This document shows positions 39,601 through 50,100 of a stretch of 64,000 nucleotides of DNA, piece after piece. A program made the position numbers and the translations under genes. Positions within the stretch are counted from its first letter, which is position 1. The number at the start of each line of letters is the position of its first letter. The notes beneath the pieces were generated by a model. The model made no database searches, was not told the origin of the DNA, and saw only the letters and a program-made list of their open reading frames with translations. The stretch spans positions 258,995 to 322,994 of the forward strand of contig JAWBNO010000001.1 in NCBI GenBank assembly GCA_039000725.1, in the 5' to 3' direction. Source of the DNA: Candidatus Aenigmatarchaeota archaeon. Lineage in GTDB: Archaea; Aenigmatarchaeota; Aenigmatarchaeia; CG10238-14; SpSt-28.

Positions 39601-40228
39601 TTAATACATATTTTAAACTCTTACTTCTTCTTAAAAAACTATCTACATCATCTACAAAAACAATATCAACATTTTGTTTATAAATTTCTTCTTTTTTAAC
39701 TACACTCAAGTGAGTAGTTACTATTATATCTGCGCCATTCATATTTTCTAGTTGCTCTTTTTTTTCTTTTTGTGTCATTAGGCTATGATAATATGCAATT
39801 TCTAGATTTAAGTTTAATTTTTCTTTAAATTGATTTAATTTTTCTACAACCTGATGTACTAATATGCTTGTTGGTAATAAAAAAAGACATCTCTTTTTTA
39901 ACTTAGAAACAGCATATAAACTTAAAATAATTTGAATAGTAGTTTTTCCACTACCAGTTGGAGATATTAAAGTAAAACTATCGCCATCTAAAAATCTTCT
40001 TACCCAAAATCTTTGTATAGCCCACATTTTGGTATTAAAAATTTTTTGGAATATTTCTTCAATTTCATCAACTTTACTATTTCTTTCTTCTAATTTCTTC
40101 AATTTCCCTTCTTTAATTCTTTCGTCTTCTCTAGGCAAACATATATTACAAGGTAATCCTTTTTCCAATCTTATTGAAGATATATCATTTCCACAGTTTG
40201 GACATAGGTTCTTGTATTCTATTATCAT
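36677..40228 (-). CDS. rgy: Reverse gyrase
   Basis: N-terminal CPNC Zn finger, PTGSGKT, DDVD, RGIDLP, QASGRTSR helicase domain; VESPNKA, DPDSEGE, GRVQTP, YHRT, GRPSTY topoisomerase IA domain. Confidence 0.97.
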   Translation of the reverse strand: MIIEYKNLCPNCGNDISSIRLEKGLPCNICLPREDERIKEGKLKKLEERNSKVDEIEEIFQKIFNTKMWAIQRFWVRRFLDGDSFTLISPTGSGKTTIQIILSLYAVSKLKKRCLFLLPTSILVHQVVEKLNQFKEKLNLNLEIAYYHSLMTQKEKKEQLENMNGADIIVTTHLSVVKKEEIYKQNVDIVFVDDVDSFLRRSKSLKYVLKMLDLPKKVKELVENFYEGKITIDEFSKKIENIKNRINGQIIVSGATQKARSTKAVKILSTLFGFSTGGRVEFGRNVIDCYLKPKRSLEEEVLSLVLMLGKGGLIFIPSDKGSEFADKIEKYLNENGVKAKSFLKPKREYFELFERGEIDVLIGMVTLRSPLVRGIDLPHVIKYALFVGVPKFLIKIRYDEFHPTKWLMLLNNISSTIKEEYKKEFEILFSNLGKIRTITKEQLEEVRNALREGKSLEGFLEFVRSVAIRGLDFFNKILKDRDILEAMKKSETITFGSKEGEYYFLITDEIAYIQASGRTSRLYVGGLTKGLSIVIIDEEKAFNNLKKELKYFEDVEWKNLEEIDLRQLIKEIEEERKKVILAMEGKLSSQQTISLKTKLFIVESPNKARTIAKYFGRPARKNVLGLNAYEVFIKEGLVIITASGGHITDLVIDEGLFGVKIENGFIPVFKAIKKCVICGKEIEEEENVCENCNNSRFIDAYPKIEALRRLASLVDEVVIGTDPDSEGEKIAYDLCLLLKPINKNVKRARFHEITKKAIISALENLEDFDINLVNAQIVRRIEDRWIGFSISPVLWKKFRSTNLSAGRVQTPVLGWIDERSKKLKEKEEFITLTLSNGLVLKFRGKIGTYKNLINSGIVEIIKVEKRVEEINPFPPFTTDTLISSLTTYLKIDANQAMNIAQKLFENGLITYHRTNSTTVSNVGISIAKEYITSTYGEEYVKERKWEAEGAHECIRPTRPINAERLRHMVSLGLIRFPSPLTEKDYIAYDIIFKRFIASQMKQAKVEKVRIEVKILDEIKSFEYTTKIIEEGFTKISKISTTEIPEIKEGKYSFKEIKKRLVNVYYPYTYSEIVSEMKQKRLGRPSTYAKILEVLKKRKYVIEIRKSRLIVSPLGSQVYSFLKENYEKYLNEETTRILEEKMDNIENGKINAIDVINEFHKEIIEIIRDAINKGINYPNLKIKI

Positions 40229-40279
40229 GAAATAAATTATTTGTAAGATTTTTAATACACCTCTTTCTTTAATAGTATT

Positions 40280-42622
40280 ATGAAAGTAGAAAAGTATGAG
40301 ATATTTATAGATTTTAACGATTTGGCCGAAACTTTTGAAGGAAGAGTTAAAATTTACTTAATAAATGGTAAAAGAAGAATTAAGTTAAATAAGGAAGATA
40401 TAGAAGTAAGAAAAGTTTTGGTTAATGGTAGCGAGTGCAATTTTGAAGACAGAAATGATAGTTTAGTTATAAGTTCTAATAATCAAATAAAATTTATTGA
40501 AATAGAATATTCTGGAAGAGTTAGCAAAACTTTAGAGGGACTTTATAGAGCTAAAAACATTTTTTCTACCCAATTTGAAGCTACTGGTGCTAGAAAGGTT
40601 TTCCCTTGTTTAGATAATCCAAATTTTAAGGCAAAATTTAAGATATCTGTGAAGGTTAGAAAACCTTATGAGGTTATTTCAAATGAGGATGTTGAAAGTA
40701 TTGAAGATTTGGGTGAGTATAGAATATTTAATTTTAAGGAAACTTGTGAAATGTCAACATATTTAGTTTATATAGGAATAGGAGAATTCAAAAAGCTAGT
40801 TGAAAAAAATTCTATAAAGTTCAGAGCAATAGTCCCTTTTGATAAAGATGTTAATAAGGCTAAACAATCTTTAAATTACACTAAAAAGTTTTTTGAGTTT
40901 ATGCAAGATTATTTCAAAGTCAAATATCCTTTAAGTAAACTTGATATAATAGCTATTCCAGAATTTGCTGCCGGAGCTATGGAGAATTTTGGTGCAATAA
41001 CTTTTAGAGAAATTTTTGTTCTTTTAAGTAAATCTACTTCTTACAAAATAAAAAGAAGAGTTATGGAGGTAATTTCACACGAATTAGTACACCAATGGTT
41101 TGGAAACTTGGTTTCTCCAAAAGACTGGAAAGATTTATGGTTAAACGAAAGTTTTGCCACATATTTAGCATATCTAGTAATAGATAAAGTATTTCCTAAA
41201 GAAAAGATACTTAGAGATTTTTTTGAAGGAGATTATTATTCTTCTCTTTCTCAAGATAGTTTATTGAACACACATCCTATAAAATTTAAATATAGAAAAA
41301 AAGAAGAAATAGATCAACTTTTCGATTCTATAACTTATGGTAAAGGTGCAAGTATTTTAAGAATGTTTTTTGGGTATTTAGGAGAAGAAAATTTTAGAAG
41401 CTATATTGTTGAGTATTTGAATAAATTTAAATTTTCCAATGCTAATACTGAAGACTTTTTAAATATTGTTAGAAATCATAAAAACTTATTTAAAAGTTGG
41501 ATATTCAATAAAGGACATCCTATAATTTTTGCCAAATTTAAAAAAGGAAAAATAGTTTTAACCCAAAAAACATTTACTTATTTGAAAAATAGTTCTAAAA
41601 CAATTTGGCCTATTCCTCTATTCATAAAATTCGATAATAGAAGAGAGGTTGTTTTATTTGATAAGAAAAAAACTTCTTTAAATTTAAAATTCAAAAATTT
41701 TATTTTCTTAAATTCAGATTCTTTTGGTTATTATAGAGTTTTTTACGACAAAAAGTTGTTAGAAGCTATACTAAAAAATAAAAGTAAATTGAATGAATTT
41801 GAAAAATGTTCTTTGATAGAAAACTACTTTTCATTTTTATTGGCGGATTTAATTTCTATTGACGAATTCTTAAAATTGGTAGAAAAATTCAAGAAAGATA
41901 AAGATTTTCTTGTTATTAAAGAAATAGTAAACGATTTGAGTTTTCTTGTTGATTATTTGGATAAAAATAAAAAGATAAAGAAATTTACTCAAGAATATCT
42001 CAACTATCATTATAAGAGACTAAGTTATAAAAAAAGAGAAGATTTGATATTGCTTGGGACTATATGTACGTTATATTCTAAAATCGATTCTAAATTTAGA
42101 AAAGAATTAGTTAATGCTTACAAGAACTATTTTGACGTACCTCCAGATTTAAGATTAGCTTATTCAATTTCTTTAGTAAAAGTTAAAGGTAGAGAAGGTT
42201 TTGAAGAATTTTTGAAAAATATTGAAAGAGCGGAGGATGAGGATAGAATTAAATTGTTGTCCTCTCTATTTTATTCTGAAGACAAAAGCTTAGTTGCTCT
42301 AGCTTTTTCGCTAATTTCTTCAAAATCCAAAAAACAAGATCTGCCAATTTTAATTCAATCTTCTCTATCCGAAAAGAAGAATATAGATATAGCATGGATT
42401 TGGTTAAAAGAAAACTTACCAAACGTAATTTCAATATTTAGGGGTAGCTATCAACCTAGAAGAATAATGGAAAGCATAATACCAGATATTGGTTTATATA
42501 AAGAAGCAGAGATAAAAGAATATTTGAAGAAAAATAAATTCGAAGAAGCAAAAATTGGGATTAAAACTGGATTTGAGATTTTAGAAGTAATTAAGAGGCT
42601 TAGAAAAAAATATAATTTTTAA
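40280..42622 (+). CDS. M1 aminopeptidase (tricorn-interacting factor F2/F3-like)
   Basis: TQFE..GAR..FPC.D, GAMEN, HELVH-x18-E, YGKG. Confidence 0.94.
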   Translation: MKVEKYEIFIDFNDLAETFEGRVKIYLINGKRRIKLNKEDIEVRKVLVNGSECNFEDRNDSLVISSNNQIKFIEIEYSGRVSKTLEGLYRAKNIFSTQFEATGARKVFPCLDNPNFKAKFKISVKVRKPYEVISNEDVESIEDLGEYRIFNFKETCEMSTYLVYIGIGEFKKLVEKNSIKFRAIVPFDKDVNKAKQSLNYTKKFFEFMQDYFKVKYPLSKLDIIAIPEFAAGAMENFGAITFREIFVLLSKSTSYKIKRRVMEVISHELVHQWFGNLVSPKDWKDLWLNESFATYLAYLVIDKVFPKEKILRDFFEGDYYSSLSQDSLLNTHPIKFKYRKKEEIDQLFDSITYGKGASILRMFFGYLGEENFRSYIVEYLNKFKFSNANTEDFLNIVRNHKNLFKSWIFNKGHPIIFAKFKKGKIVLTQKTFTYLKNSSKTIWPIPLFIKFDNRREVVLFDKKKTSLNLKFKNFIFLNSDSFGYYRVFYDKKLLEAILKNKSKLNEFEKCSLIENYFSFLLADLISIDEFLKLVEKFKKDKDFLVIKEIVNDLSFLVDYLDKNKKIKKFTQEYLNYHYKRLSYKKREDLILLGTICTLYSKIDSKFRKELVNAYKNYFDVPPDLRLAYSISLVKVKGREGFEEFLKNIERAEDEDRIKLLSSLFYSEDKSLVALAFSLISSKSKKQDLPILIQSSLSEKKNIDIAWIWLKENLPNVISIFRGSYQPRRIMESIIPDIGLYKEAEIKEYLKKNKFEEAKIGIKTGFEILEVIKRLRKKYNF

Positions 42623-42873
42623 ATTTCATTTGGAAAGTCCTCTAACCAATTTTTTATGGCTTCTTTAATTTTTACAATTTGATATTCTTTAGTTGGTAGT
42701 GGCCTTTTTATAGTTATTGGTAAAACGTTTTTTTTAAATTCTTCTTTCGCAATTTTTATTGGATCTGTTTCTTCAGTTTTAATTAAAATAGGAGCACCTA
42801 AAGAAATTTGAAGAGCCCTAGCGCTAATGATTCTTGCCACTTCAAATCTCGTTAATCTATCTTCGGGCCACAT
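42619..42873 (-). CDS. rpoK: RNA polymerase subunit Rpo6 (K)
   Basis: [22 protein letters not shown]. Confidence 0.95.
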   Translation of the reverse strand: MWPEDRLTRFEVARIISARALQISLGAPILIKTEETDPIKIAKEEFKKNVLPITIKRPLPTKEYQIVKIKEAIKNWLEDFPNEI

Positions 42874-42878
42874 AATTA

Positions 42879-43082
42879 TCAGGGCTTAAATTTAGCAATT
42901 TTTTCAAATATATCAACATGGGTAAGAAACATTCTCCTACAACAATATCTTTTAACATTCAAATCGTCTAAAACCTTAGCAGGATCCTCTCCATTTTCTA
43001 CTCTCTTTTTATAATCTTCCCAAAGATGTCCAATTACTTTTCCACATGTAAAACATCTTATTGGAAACAAAATTTTGACCAC
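42879..43082 (-). CDS. rpoN: RNA polymerase subunit Rpo10 (N)
   Basis: PIRCFTCGK...RYCCRRM. Confidence 0.97.
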   Translation of the reverse strand: MVKILFPIRCFTCGKVIGHLWEDYKKRVENGEDPAKVLDDLNVKRYCCRRMFLTHVDIFEKIAKFKP

Positions 43083-43134
43083 CTATTCAGATTTATACTT
43101 TTGAATTTATAGTTTTTAAGATTTAAAAGTTTTA

Positions 43135-43153
43135 AATATAACTGAGTTATATT
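43135..43153. promoter_or_regulatory. Perfect palindromic operator AATATAACT-G-AGTTATATT
   Basis: 9-1-9 palindrome ending 6 bp before the regulator ATG and directly after a TTTAAA TATA-like element. Confidence 0.7.
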
Positions 43154-43159
43154 ACTTAT

Positions 43160-43465
43160 ATGATAGTTCCATGCGATTTTTATATAAAAGTTTATTTACC
43201 ATCCATAAAAGCAAAAGTGGCTGAAATTTTGTACAGACAGTATAATAAAAAACAAGAAGAAATAGCAAAATTATTAGGGATAACGCAAGCAGCAACTAGC
43301 AAGTATATATCTAGAAAACTTAGTAAAAAAATAAGTGAAATTATGAATAGGAATCTCATTGAAGAAATAGCTAGAGATATTAGTAAAAGTCTGGTTGAAA
43401 AAAATTACACTCAAATACCATTTTCTAAAGAAGTTTGTAAGTTGTGTGGAGGGTGTAAATTATGA
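43160..43465 (+). CDS. COG2522-like HTH transcriptional regulator with four Cys
   Basis: PCD...LPSIKA..A, QEEIAKLLGITQAATSKY HTH, C-terminal CKLCGGC. Confidence 0.85.
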   Translation: MIVPCDFYIKVYLPSIKAKVAEILYRQYNKKQEEIAKLLGITQAATSKYISRKLSKKISEIMNRNLIEEIARDISKSLVEKNYTQIPFSKEVCKLCGGCKL

Positions 43466-44616
43466 AAGTTTATATGGATTATGCAGCCACAACACCAATA
43501 GATCCAAGGGTATTAAAAGCTATGATGCCATTTCTAAAAAAGAAATTTGGAAATACAATGAGTTTGCATTCTTTTGGAATAGAAGCTAAAAAGGCTCTTG
43601 AAGAATCTAGAGAAGCTATTGCTGATTTGATGAACGCCAACTCAAATGAAATAATTTTTACTTCCAGCGCAACTGAAGCAAATAATATGGCTATAAAAGG
43701 AATAGCTTTTGCAAACAAAGATAAAGGAAATCATATAATAGTTTCTTCAATAGAGCATCATTGTGTTTTAGAATCTGCAAAATGGTTGGAAAAATTTGGT
43801 TTTAAAGTTGATTATTTACCTGTTGATAAATTTGGTTTCGTTGATTTGGAAAAATTAAAAAGTTTGATTAGAAAAGAAACTATTTTAGTATCTGTCATGC
43901 ATGCAAATAATGAGATTGGCACAATTGAACCAATTGAAGAGATAGGGAAAATTTGCAAAGAAAATGGAATATATTTTCATTCAGATGCTGCTCAGAGTTT
44001 TGGAAAAATTGATGTTGATGTTAAAAAGTTTAATGTAGATCTTTTGACTGTAAGTTCTCACAAGATGTATGGTCCAAAGGGCGCAGCAGCTTTATATATA
44101 AAAGAAGGTACAAAAATAGAGCCACTATTACATGGAGGTGGACATGAATTTGGCTTAAGATCTTCTACAGTAAATGTTCCTGCTATTGTTGGTTTTGCTG
44201 AAGCTGCAAGAATAGCTAAAAAAGAAATGAAAAAAGAAGCTGCAAGATTAATTAAGTTAAGAGATAGGCTAATAAAGGGAGTTTTAGAAAATATAGAGGA
44301 TTCTCATTTAAACGGTCATCCTACAAAAAGATTGCCAAACAATGCAAACTTTTGGTTTTCTGGAGTTGAGGGAGAAGCTTTAATTTCTTTATTAGATTCT
44401 TATGGTATAGCCGCATCTACAGGATCTGCGTGCTCTTCTTCTACATTAGAACCAAGTCATGTGCTCTTAGCAATTGGGTTAAAACATCATGAGGCTCACG
44501 GCAGCTTAAGATTAAGTTTAGGAAGGTGGACTACTAAAGAAGAGGTTGACTACGTTTTGGAAGTTTTACCAAAAGCTATAAATAGGTTAAGAAAAATTTC
44601 TATTTTCAAAAAGTGA
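43462..44616 (+). CDS. iscS: Cysteine desulfurase IscS/NifS
   Basis: YMDYAATTP, HANNEIG, SSHKMYGPKG, STGSACSS. Confidence 0.96.
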   Translation: MKVYMDYAATTPIDPRVLKAMMPFLKKKFGNTMSLHSFGIEAKKALEESREAIADLMNANSNEIIFTSSATEANNMAIKGIAFANKDKGNHIIVSSIEHHCVLESAKWLEKFGFKVDYLPVDKFGFVDLEKLKSLIRKETILVSVMHANNEIGTIEPIEEIGKICKENGIYFHSDAAQSFGKIDVDVKKFNVDLLTVSSHKMYGPKGAAALYIKEGTKIEPLLHGGGHEFGLRSSTVNVPAIVGFAEAARIAKKEMKKEAARLIKLRDRLIKGVLENIEDSHLNGHPTKRLPNNANFWFSGVEGEALISLLDSYGIAASTGSACSSSTLEPSHVLLAIGLKHHEAHGSLRLSLGRWTTKEEVDYVLEVLPKAINRLRKISIFKK

Positions 44617-44621
44617 TTTTG

Positions 44622-45119
44622 ATGGAATTATATTCTAAAGAAATAATGAAACATTTTAAAAATCCGAAGAATGTGGGTAGAATTAAAAATGCTGATGGAA
44701 TTGGAGAAGCTGGAAATTTGGTTTGTGGAGATGTGATGAAGATTTATATTAAAGTTAGTGATAAAAATGGTAAGAAGATTATAAAAGATATAAAATTTGA
44801 AACTTTTGGTTGTGTTGTCGCTATTGCTAACACTAGCTTATTAACAACCTTAGTTAAAGGAAAAACTTTAGAGGAAGCTCTTAAAATTAAAAAAGAAGAT
44901 TTGGTTAAAAAACTAGGAAAAGTTCCTCCTATCAAAATTCATTGCTCAGTTTTAGCTACCGATGCTCTTAAGGAAGCAATTTATGATTACTTAAAAAGAA
45001 AAAATTTGCCCATTCCTGAAGATTTAGAGAAAGAGCATAAAAGGATTGTTGAAAATAGAGAAAAATTAGAAAAAGAATATGCGAATTTTGTTAATATGGA
45101 AAAAGAGGTTTTGAAATGA
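44622..45119 (+). CDS. iscU: Fe-S cluster scaffold IscU/NifU-N
   Basis: HFKNPKNVG, CGD, FETFGC, KIHCS. Confidence 0.95.
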   Translation: MELYSKEIMKHFKNPKNVGRIKNADGIGEAGNLVCGDVMKIYIKVSDKNGKKIIKDIKFETFGCVVAIANTSLLTTLVKGKTLEEALKIKKEDLVKKLGKVPPIKIHCSVLATDALKEAIYDYLKRKNLPIPEDLEKEHKRIVENREKLEKEYANFVNMEKEVLK

Positions 45120-45409
45120 TTAAAGAAAAAGATTTACTAAAGGTTTTAGAAAATGTGATTGATCCTGAAATTGGTATAAATATAGTTGATCTTGGTTTAA
45201 TTTATGATATTAAAGTTGAAAAAGATAGCGTTAAGATTAAAATGGGTTTGACCTCTCCTTTTTGCCCTTTAGCTAATTACTTAGTTGAAATGGTTAAGAA
45301 TGCCGTCAAAAATAGTGGTATAAAAAATGTTGATGTGGAATTAGTATTGAATCCACCTTGGACTCCAGAAAGAATGTCAAAAAAAGCAAGAAAAATTTTG
45401 GGGTTATAA
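45116..45409 (+). CDS. MIP18/SufT (DUF59) Fe-S assembly protein
   Basis: DPEIGINIVDLGLIY, TSPFCP, PPWTPERMS. Confidence 0.93.
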   Translation: MIKEKDLLKVLENVIDPEIGINIVDLGLIYDIKVEKDSVKIKMGLTSPFCPLANYLVEMVKNAVKNSGIKNVDVELVLNPPWTPERMSKKARKILGL

Positions 45410-45415
45410 ATTAAA

Positions 45416-45823
45416 ATGAGATTTTCTTATATTATAGTTGCTAAAGTTATGAAAAATTTTAGTACTAGAGTTGGAAAATTGGATAATATTCATTTTAATA
45501 AAGGATTCTATTTGTATGTTGGTTCAGCTTTTTATGAAAACGGATTTAGTAGAATTTTAAGACATATTAGTAAAAAGAAGAAGAAACATTGGCATATAGA
45601 TTATTTTCTTTCTTCTAGAAAAGTTAAAATAGTTTATATAGAAATTTTTCCAGAAAGAAGAATAGAGTGTATTTTAGCATCTATGATAGAAAGGTTTAGT
45701 GATAATAGTGTTAAAAACTTTGGTTGTAGTGATTGTTTTTGTAAATCTCATATGTTTTTCTTTAAGAACAAAAATAAAGTTGAAGATATTTTAAGAAAAA
45801 TTATGATAAAGATTTTGGTTTAG
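45416..45823 (+). CDS. DUF123 GIY-YIG-like nuclease-family protein
   Basis: GFYLYVGSA, RILRH, HWHIDY, FGCSDCFCKSH. Confidence 0.85.
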   Translation: MRFSYIIVAKVMKNFSTRVGKLDNIHFNKGFYLYVGSAFYENGFSRILRHISKKKKKHWHIDYFLSSRKVKIVYIEIFPERRIECILASMIERFSDNSVKNFGCSDCFCKSHMFFFKNKNKVEDILRKIMIKILV

Positions 45824-46835
45824 GAAGTTTTAATTCTTTCCACTTAACCTTTTTAGCTAAAGGGTCTTCTTCTTCACAAATTACTATCGAATTATAATCT
45901 CCAGAATTAACCTCTATATAATCCTCTCCAGTTAAATATTTTAATACTTTTTTATAATCGAATTCGAAAGGAATTTTAAGATTTATAAAAGTTTTTACAA
46001 TTCTAATTAAAAACGGATAATATTCCTCACTACTACTTAAAATATATCTGTTATTACTTGAATAAAATGGTGGAAATAGCTTTATTCCTTCTCTGTAATA
46101 TCCAGTTATTATCTCGTAGGAATGTAGACCAGTATTTCTATTTTTCTTGTCCCATTCTAAGAAAGCAGAAGAATCGTTTTTATCAATTTCTAGAATATCA
46201 CCTCTTCTAAAATCAGAATATTTTTTGTACAATTGTTCTGGTGTTTCGTCATCATTGTAAATACTTCTTATAGCAATACTAGCAACATCTAGGTATTCTT
46301 TTAAAGAAATTTCTCTTTTACCGCTAGTTGTTTTTAAATTTTTTAGATAAGCATTTTCTATAATTTTAGCTTCCTCCTTGCTAAGATAAGGTTTATAAAC
46401 AAATTTCCTTTTTATTTCTCCCTCTCTAAATCTAATTGGAACCATTTTTTCAAGTTTTTCTTTGTTTAATGATTTAAAAATTATTATAGAATTTTCAATA
46501 ATCCTATTGATTAAGTCAACTAAATTATTCTCTTTAGAGTTTTTATCGATTTTTATATTGGTATAAAAGTATCGACATTCTTGATTAATACCGGAAAAAT
46601 AAAGATAATAGTTATTTTTGTAAAGAATTAGCGCAAAAGGAATTATTATTATTTTTTCATCTAAGTAGCATGGAAAATAAAAATTAATCCATCTTTTGTC
46701 ATATTTGCCAAATATATAATTAGGGAATGCAATATTTGATAATTTTTTCAATAAGGATAATGTTTTATCTGAATAAAGTTCAAGTTCTTTTTCTATAAAA
46801 AGAGTTTCTTCCAGTTCTTTATATTCTATCCTCAT
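45801..46835 (-). CDS. Hypothetical protein
   Basis: 344-aa ORF; D.R.G...ID.DS.AF..W...GLHSYEI segment. Confidence 0.7.
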   Translation of the reverse strand: MRIEYKELEETLFIEKELELYSDKTLSLLKKLSNIAFPNYIFGKYDKRWINFYFPCYLDEKIIIIPFALILYKNNYYLYFSGINQECRYFYTNIKIDKNSKENNLVDLINRIIENSIIIFKSLNKEKLEKMVPIRFREGEIKRKFVYKPYLSKEEAKIIENAYLKNLKTTSGKREISLKEYLDVASIAIRSIYNDDETPEQLYKKYSDFRRGDILEIDKNDSSAFLEWDKKNRNTGLHSYEIITGYYREGIKLFPPFYSSNNRYILSSSEEYYPFLIRIVKTFINLKIPFEFDYKKVLKYLTGEDYIEVNSGDYNSIVICEEEDPLAKKVKWKELKLPKPKSLS

Positions 46836-46849
46836 ATTTAAAATTTATT

Positions 46850-47119
46850 ATGAAGAAAAAAAGTAGTAAAATGGTTGAAGAGATAGGAATAGCTTTAATA
46901 TTCACATCTGTAATTTTATTTATAATTGGTTTGACTTTTCTATTTTTTGGTAAGCAAAGAACAAAGTTTGAAGGAGGAGGTATAATTTTCATAGGACCAA
47001 TTCCAATAATTTTTGGTACTAGTGCTAAAATAATCTATTTACTTTTAGTTTTTTCTTTAATTTTTATAATCTTGTTTATCTTTTTCTTTTTGAATTTTCC
47101 TTTACTCAACAAAAAGTAA
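46850..47119 (+). CDS. DUF131 (TIGR00304) membrane protein
   Basis: GGGIIFIGPIPIIFG signature between two TM helices. Confidence 0.88.
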   Translation: MKKKSSKMVEEIGIALIFTSVILFIIGLTFLFFGKQRTKFEGGGIIFIGPIPIIFGTSAKIIYLLLVFSLIFIILFIFFFLNFPLLNKK

Positions 47120-50100
47120 GCTAGTAAAGTCGAAAAAGTTAATGTTAAAATAATTGGTAATAAAATTTTTTCATTTAGCACAAAATATCCTGTTGTTTTA
47201 GAATCTACTTTTTCTTTTTTAGAAGTTTTATTATTGCTAGTAGTAATTTTTTCTTTTTCTTCTTCTATTTCTTCCGTTTCATTTAAATTCTCTTCTAGTT
47301 CTTCAAAATTTTCATTAGAATAAGTTATATTAGTTAAATTTTTAGATTCAGGTGGTTTAATAAAAGTAAATTCTTTTTCAGAAAAAGATAATGGTTGAGT
47401 ATTGAAATTTCTATTTGGTAAACCTGGGGTACCACCATCAACATAGCTTTCTCTCCATATCAAACTTTTTTCATCCAATTCCAAACTTTTACCATTGTCA
47501 TAACCACCCATATTTTTGGAATATGTCACTTCATCAATTACAATCTTAGAAGAATTTTTTATCGCTATTGTATCGTTTTCATTATTTAAATTAAAACTCG
47601 CTTGAAATATAGTTTTATTAAAGTTTGGATATTCCTCTAAAATTTTTGAAAAGTTGTTAGATATAATTGCATATTCATTTGGATATAAAATTTCACTTCC
47701 TAACTTTAAAATTATTTTGTGATTTCCATTTTTGTCTGAAAAATACCAGTTTGTTAGATTAACAGAGCAATTTCCATAATTGTATATTTCTATCCACTCT
47801 CTACCTTTATCATTTCCTTTTGGATTATACATTATTTCATTTATTCTAATCTTAGGTTCACAATATTTTTCTTGATTATTTTCTTCTTCGTAAACTTCAA
47901 AATATGCTTCTCTAGGACCAACTATTAGTGGATCTAGTTTTTCTAAAACAGCTGTAACTTTATACTTTCCACTAGTTTCAGGTTTAAAGTTAATGTTAAT
48001 TTCCATACTCTTATCTTCTAAATCAAATTCGTAAGTATTATTTAAAATATGGGAAGAATTTGTTATTTCAAAATACAATTTTCCTCTATCTTTAACTTTG
48101 CTAAATATTTTGAATTTTATTGTAGCGTTTTCCCCAAGTTTAATATTTTTTGTTTCAATAGAAAAATCTAAAGCTGTTTCATAATCTAGAGAGATTGTTA
48201 TATTTTTTACTATTACTGCAGAATTTTCAGTTTCATTGAAAATTAGAAGAGGCACAACTATTTCCACTTCTTTTCTACCATCAATAGTATTATTTATTCT
48301 TATTTTGTATCTTTTATTTATAGTGCTTGTTTGATTTGTTTCTAATGTTGTATTTGAATGGGATATTGTTTGTAATCTATAAATTGTAATATTTTCTATT
48401 TTTTCTTCAGTAAAATTTACTTGAATATTTTCTTCGCTAATCGTAGAATTTTCTGGCAAATAGTAAATAAATCTTTTTATGGGTATTATTGGTTCATTTT
48501 CTTCAATAATGTTTTCTGTAGAATTTACTTCAACACTATTATTTTTATAATCAATTTGTGGTCGCATTTCTACTTTTAAGAAGCATCTTTCTGAACAATC
48601 AAAATATTTTATTAATTTTTCTTCTTCTAACCTTCCTTCTTTTGGTAAGCTGGGGTCTCCATATACTAAAAACTCTAATAATGTTTTTTGCTTTATTCCA
48701 GGTTTATTAAAATTCAAAATATCAAAAAATATTAGGTCTGAAGCGAAGCTATTATAAGCATAAAGAAAAGCCTTTCCTATATTTTCTCCATTTTTAAAAA
48801 ATCTGGAAGAAAATTCTCCTGTAAATGGGTGATAGCTCAATGCTGAAGGACCAATAAAACTTGCTGCTCCTTTTTTTAAAAATTCATCTTTCATTTTTCC
48901 AATACCAGAAAAATCGGAATTATCCCAAACTATTCTTGAATTTAAATAAGGAATATCATTTGGTTCAAAAATGTTGCTACCATTATACTGATAGTTTGAA
49001 ATTATTTGCTTCCAAAATTCGTAATCAAGAATATTTGTATTTTGTTCTATATTATTTGGTAAAATCCACAAGCTACCATTTCCTAAACCTTCATAAAATA
49101 TTATTGAGCTATTTTGCAAACAAATTCTTAAATTAGATGAATTCAAAATTGGCCATGGTTTAGGCCAAAGAATTTCAAGAATATTAATTACATCTGTTAT
49201 ATCTAAACTTTCATTATTTGTTTGTTTTTCAGCTAAGTAAGATAGAACATCTTCGTAATTTTGTGAAAAAGAAGACCAATCATATTCGAAATAACTCATT
49301 AAAGCTTCAGAAGCAAATTCTAAGCCTTTAACTGTTAAAAAAAGATTTGATATTATAGTTGAAAGAAAAGAAGAAGCATATTTTTCCAAAACTTTTCTTA
49401 GACCTTCATATGTTATTAGAAATTTTGCTATTTGAGTAGGTTTTAAATTCTGTAAAAAAGATATGTGATTAGTTCTGCGCTCAACTAATCTATTTGCATT
49501 ATAACCTCTTTCTTCTAAAATTTTAGCTATATTTCTTCCAGTTAACATTCCACCACCACCATAAACTAAAACTATACCAAAATTTTGATGTAAGTATTCA
49601 CTAGCAATTAAGGCATTTTTATTTGTTTCTAAAAATATTCTAGAAAAAATTAGAGAAGATAAAGATTCATCACTAGGTAATCTACCAAAACTTAAATCTA
49701 AATAATTATCGTTATTTATATCAGCATATATTGCATCTGAAATAATTTTATCTCCATCTAGTTCATCAGCAACATTAATTAAACCTAAAAATTTTTGCTT
49801 TTCAACAGGATCATCAACTTCAAAATATGGCACACCAAATAAAAGAAGATAATTTCCCTTTACAATATTTTTCGAATTATTAAGAAGAAAGCCATGAGAG
49901 TTTAATTTTTGAATTTTATTTTTTAGAATATTTTTAGCTTCTGAAGAATTGGTAGTATTTACAAAAATTATAAATCCATCTTTTACTGATGAAATTATTG
50001 TAGAATAGGGAGAATTTGTTAATATCAAATAGTTTAAAGTTAAATTCTTTTCCTTTGCTAGAGAAATATAAAAATCTTCTATTTCCTCTGTTGTATTTTG

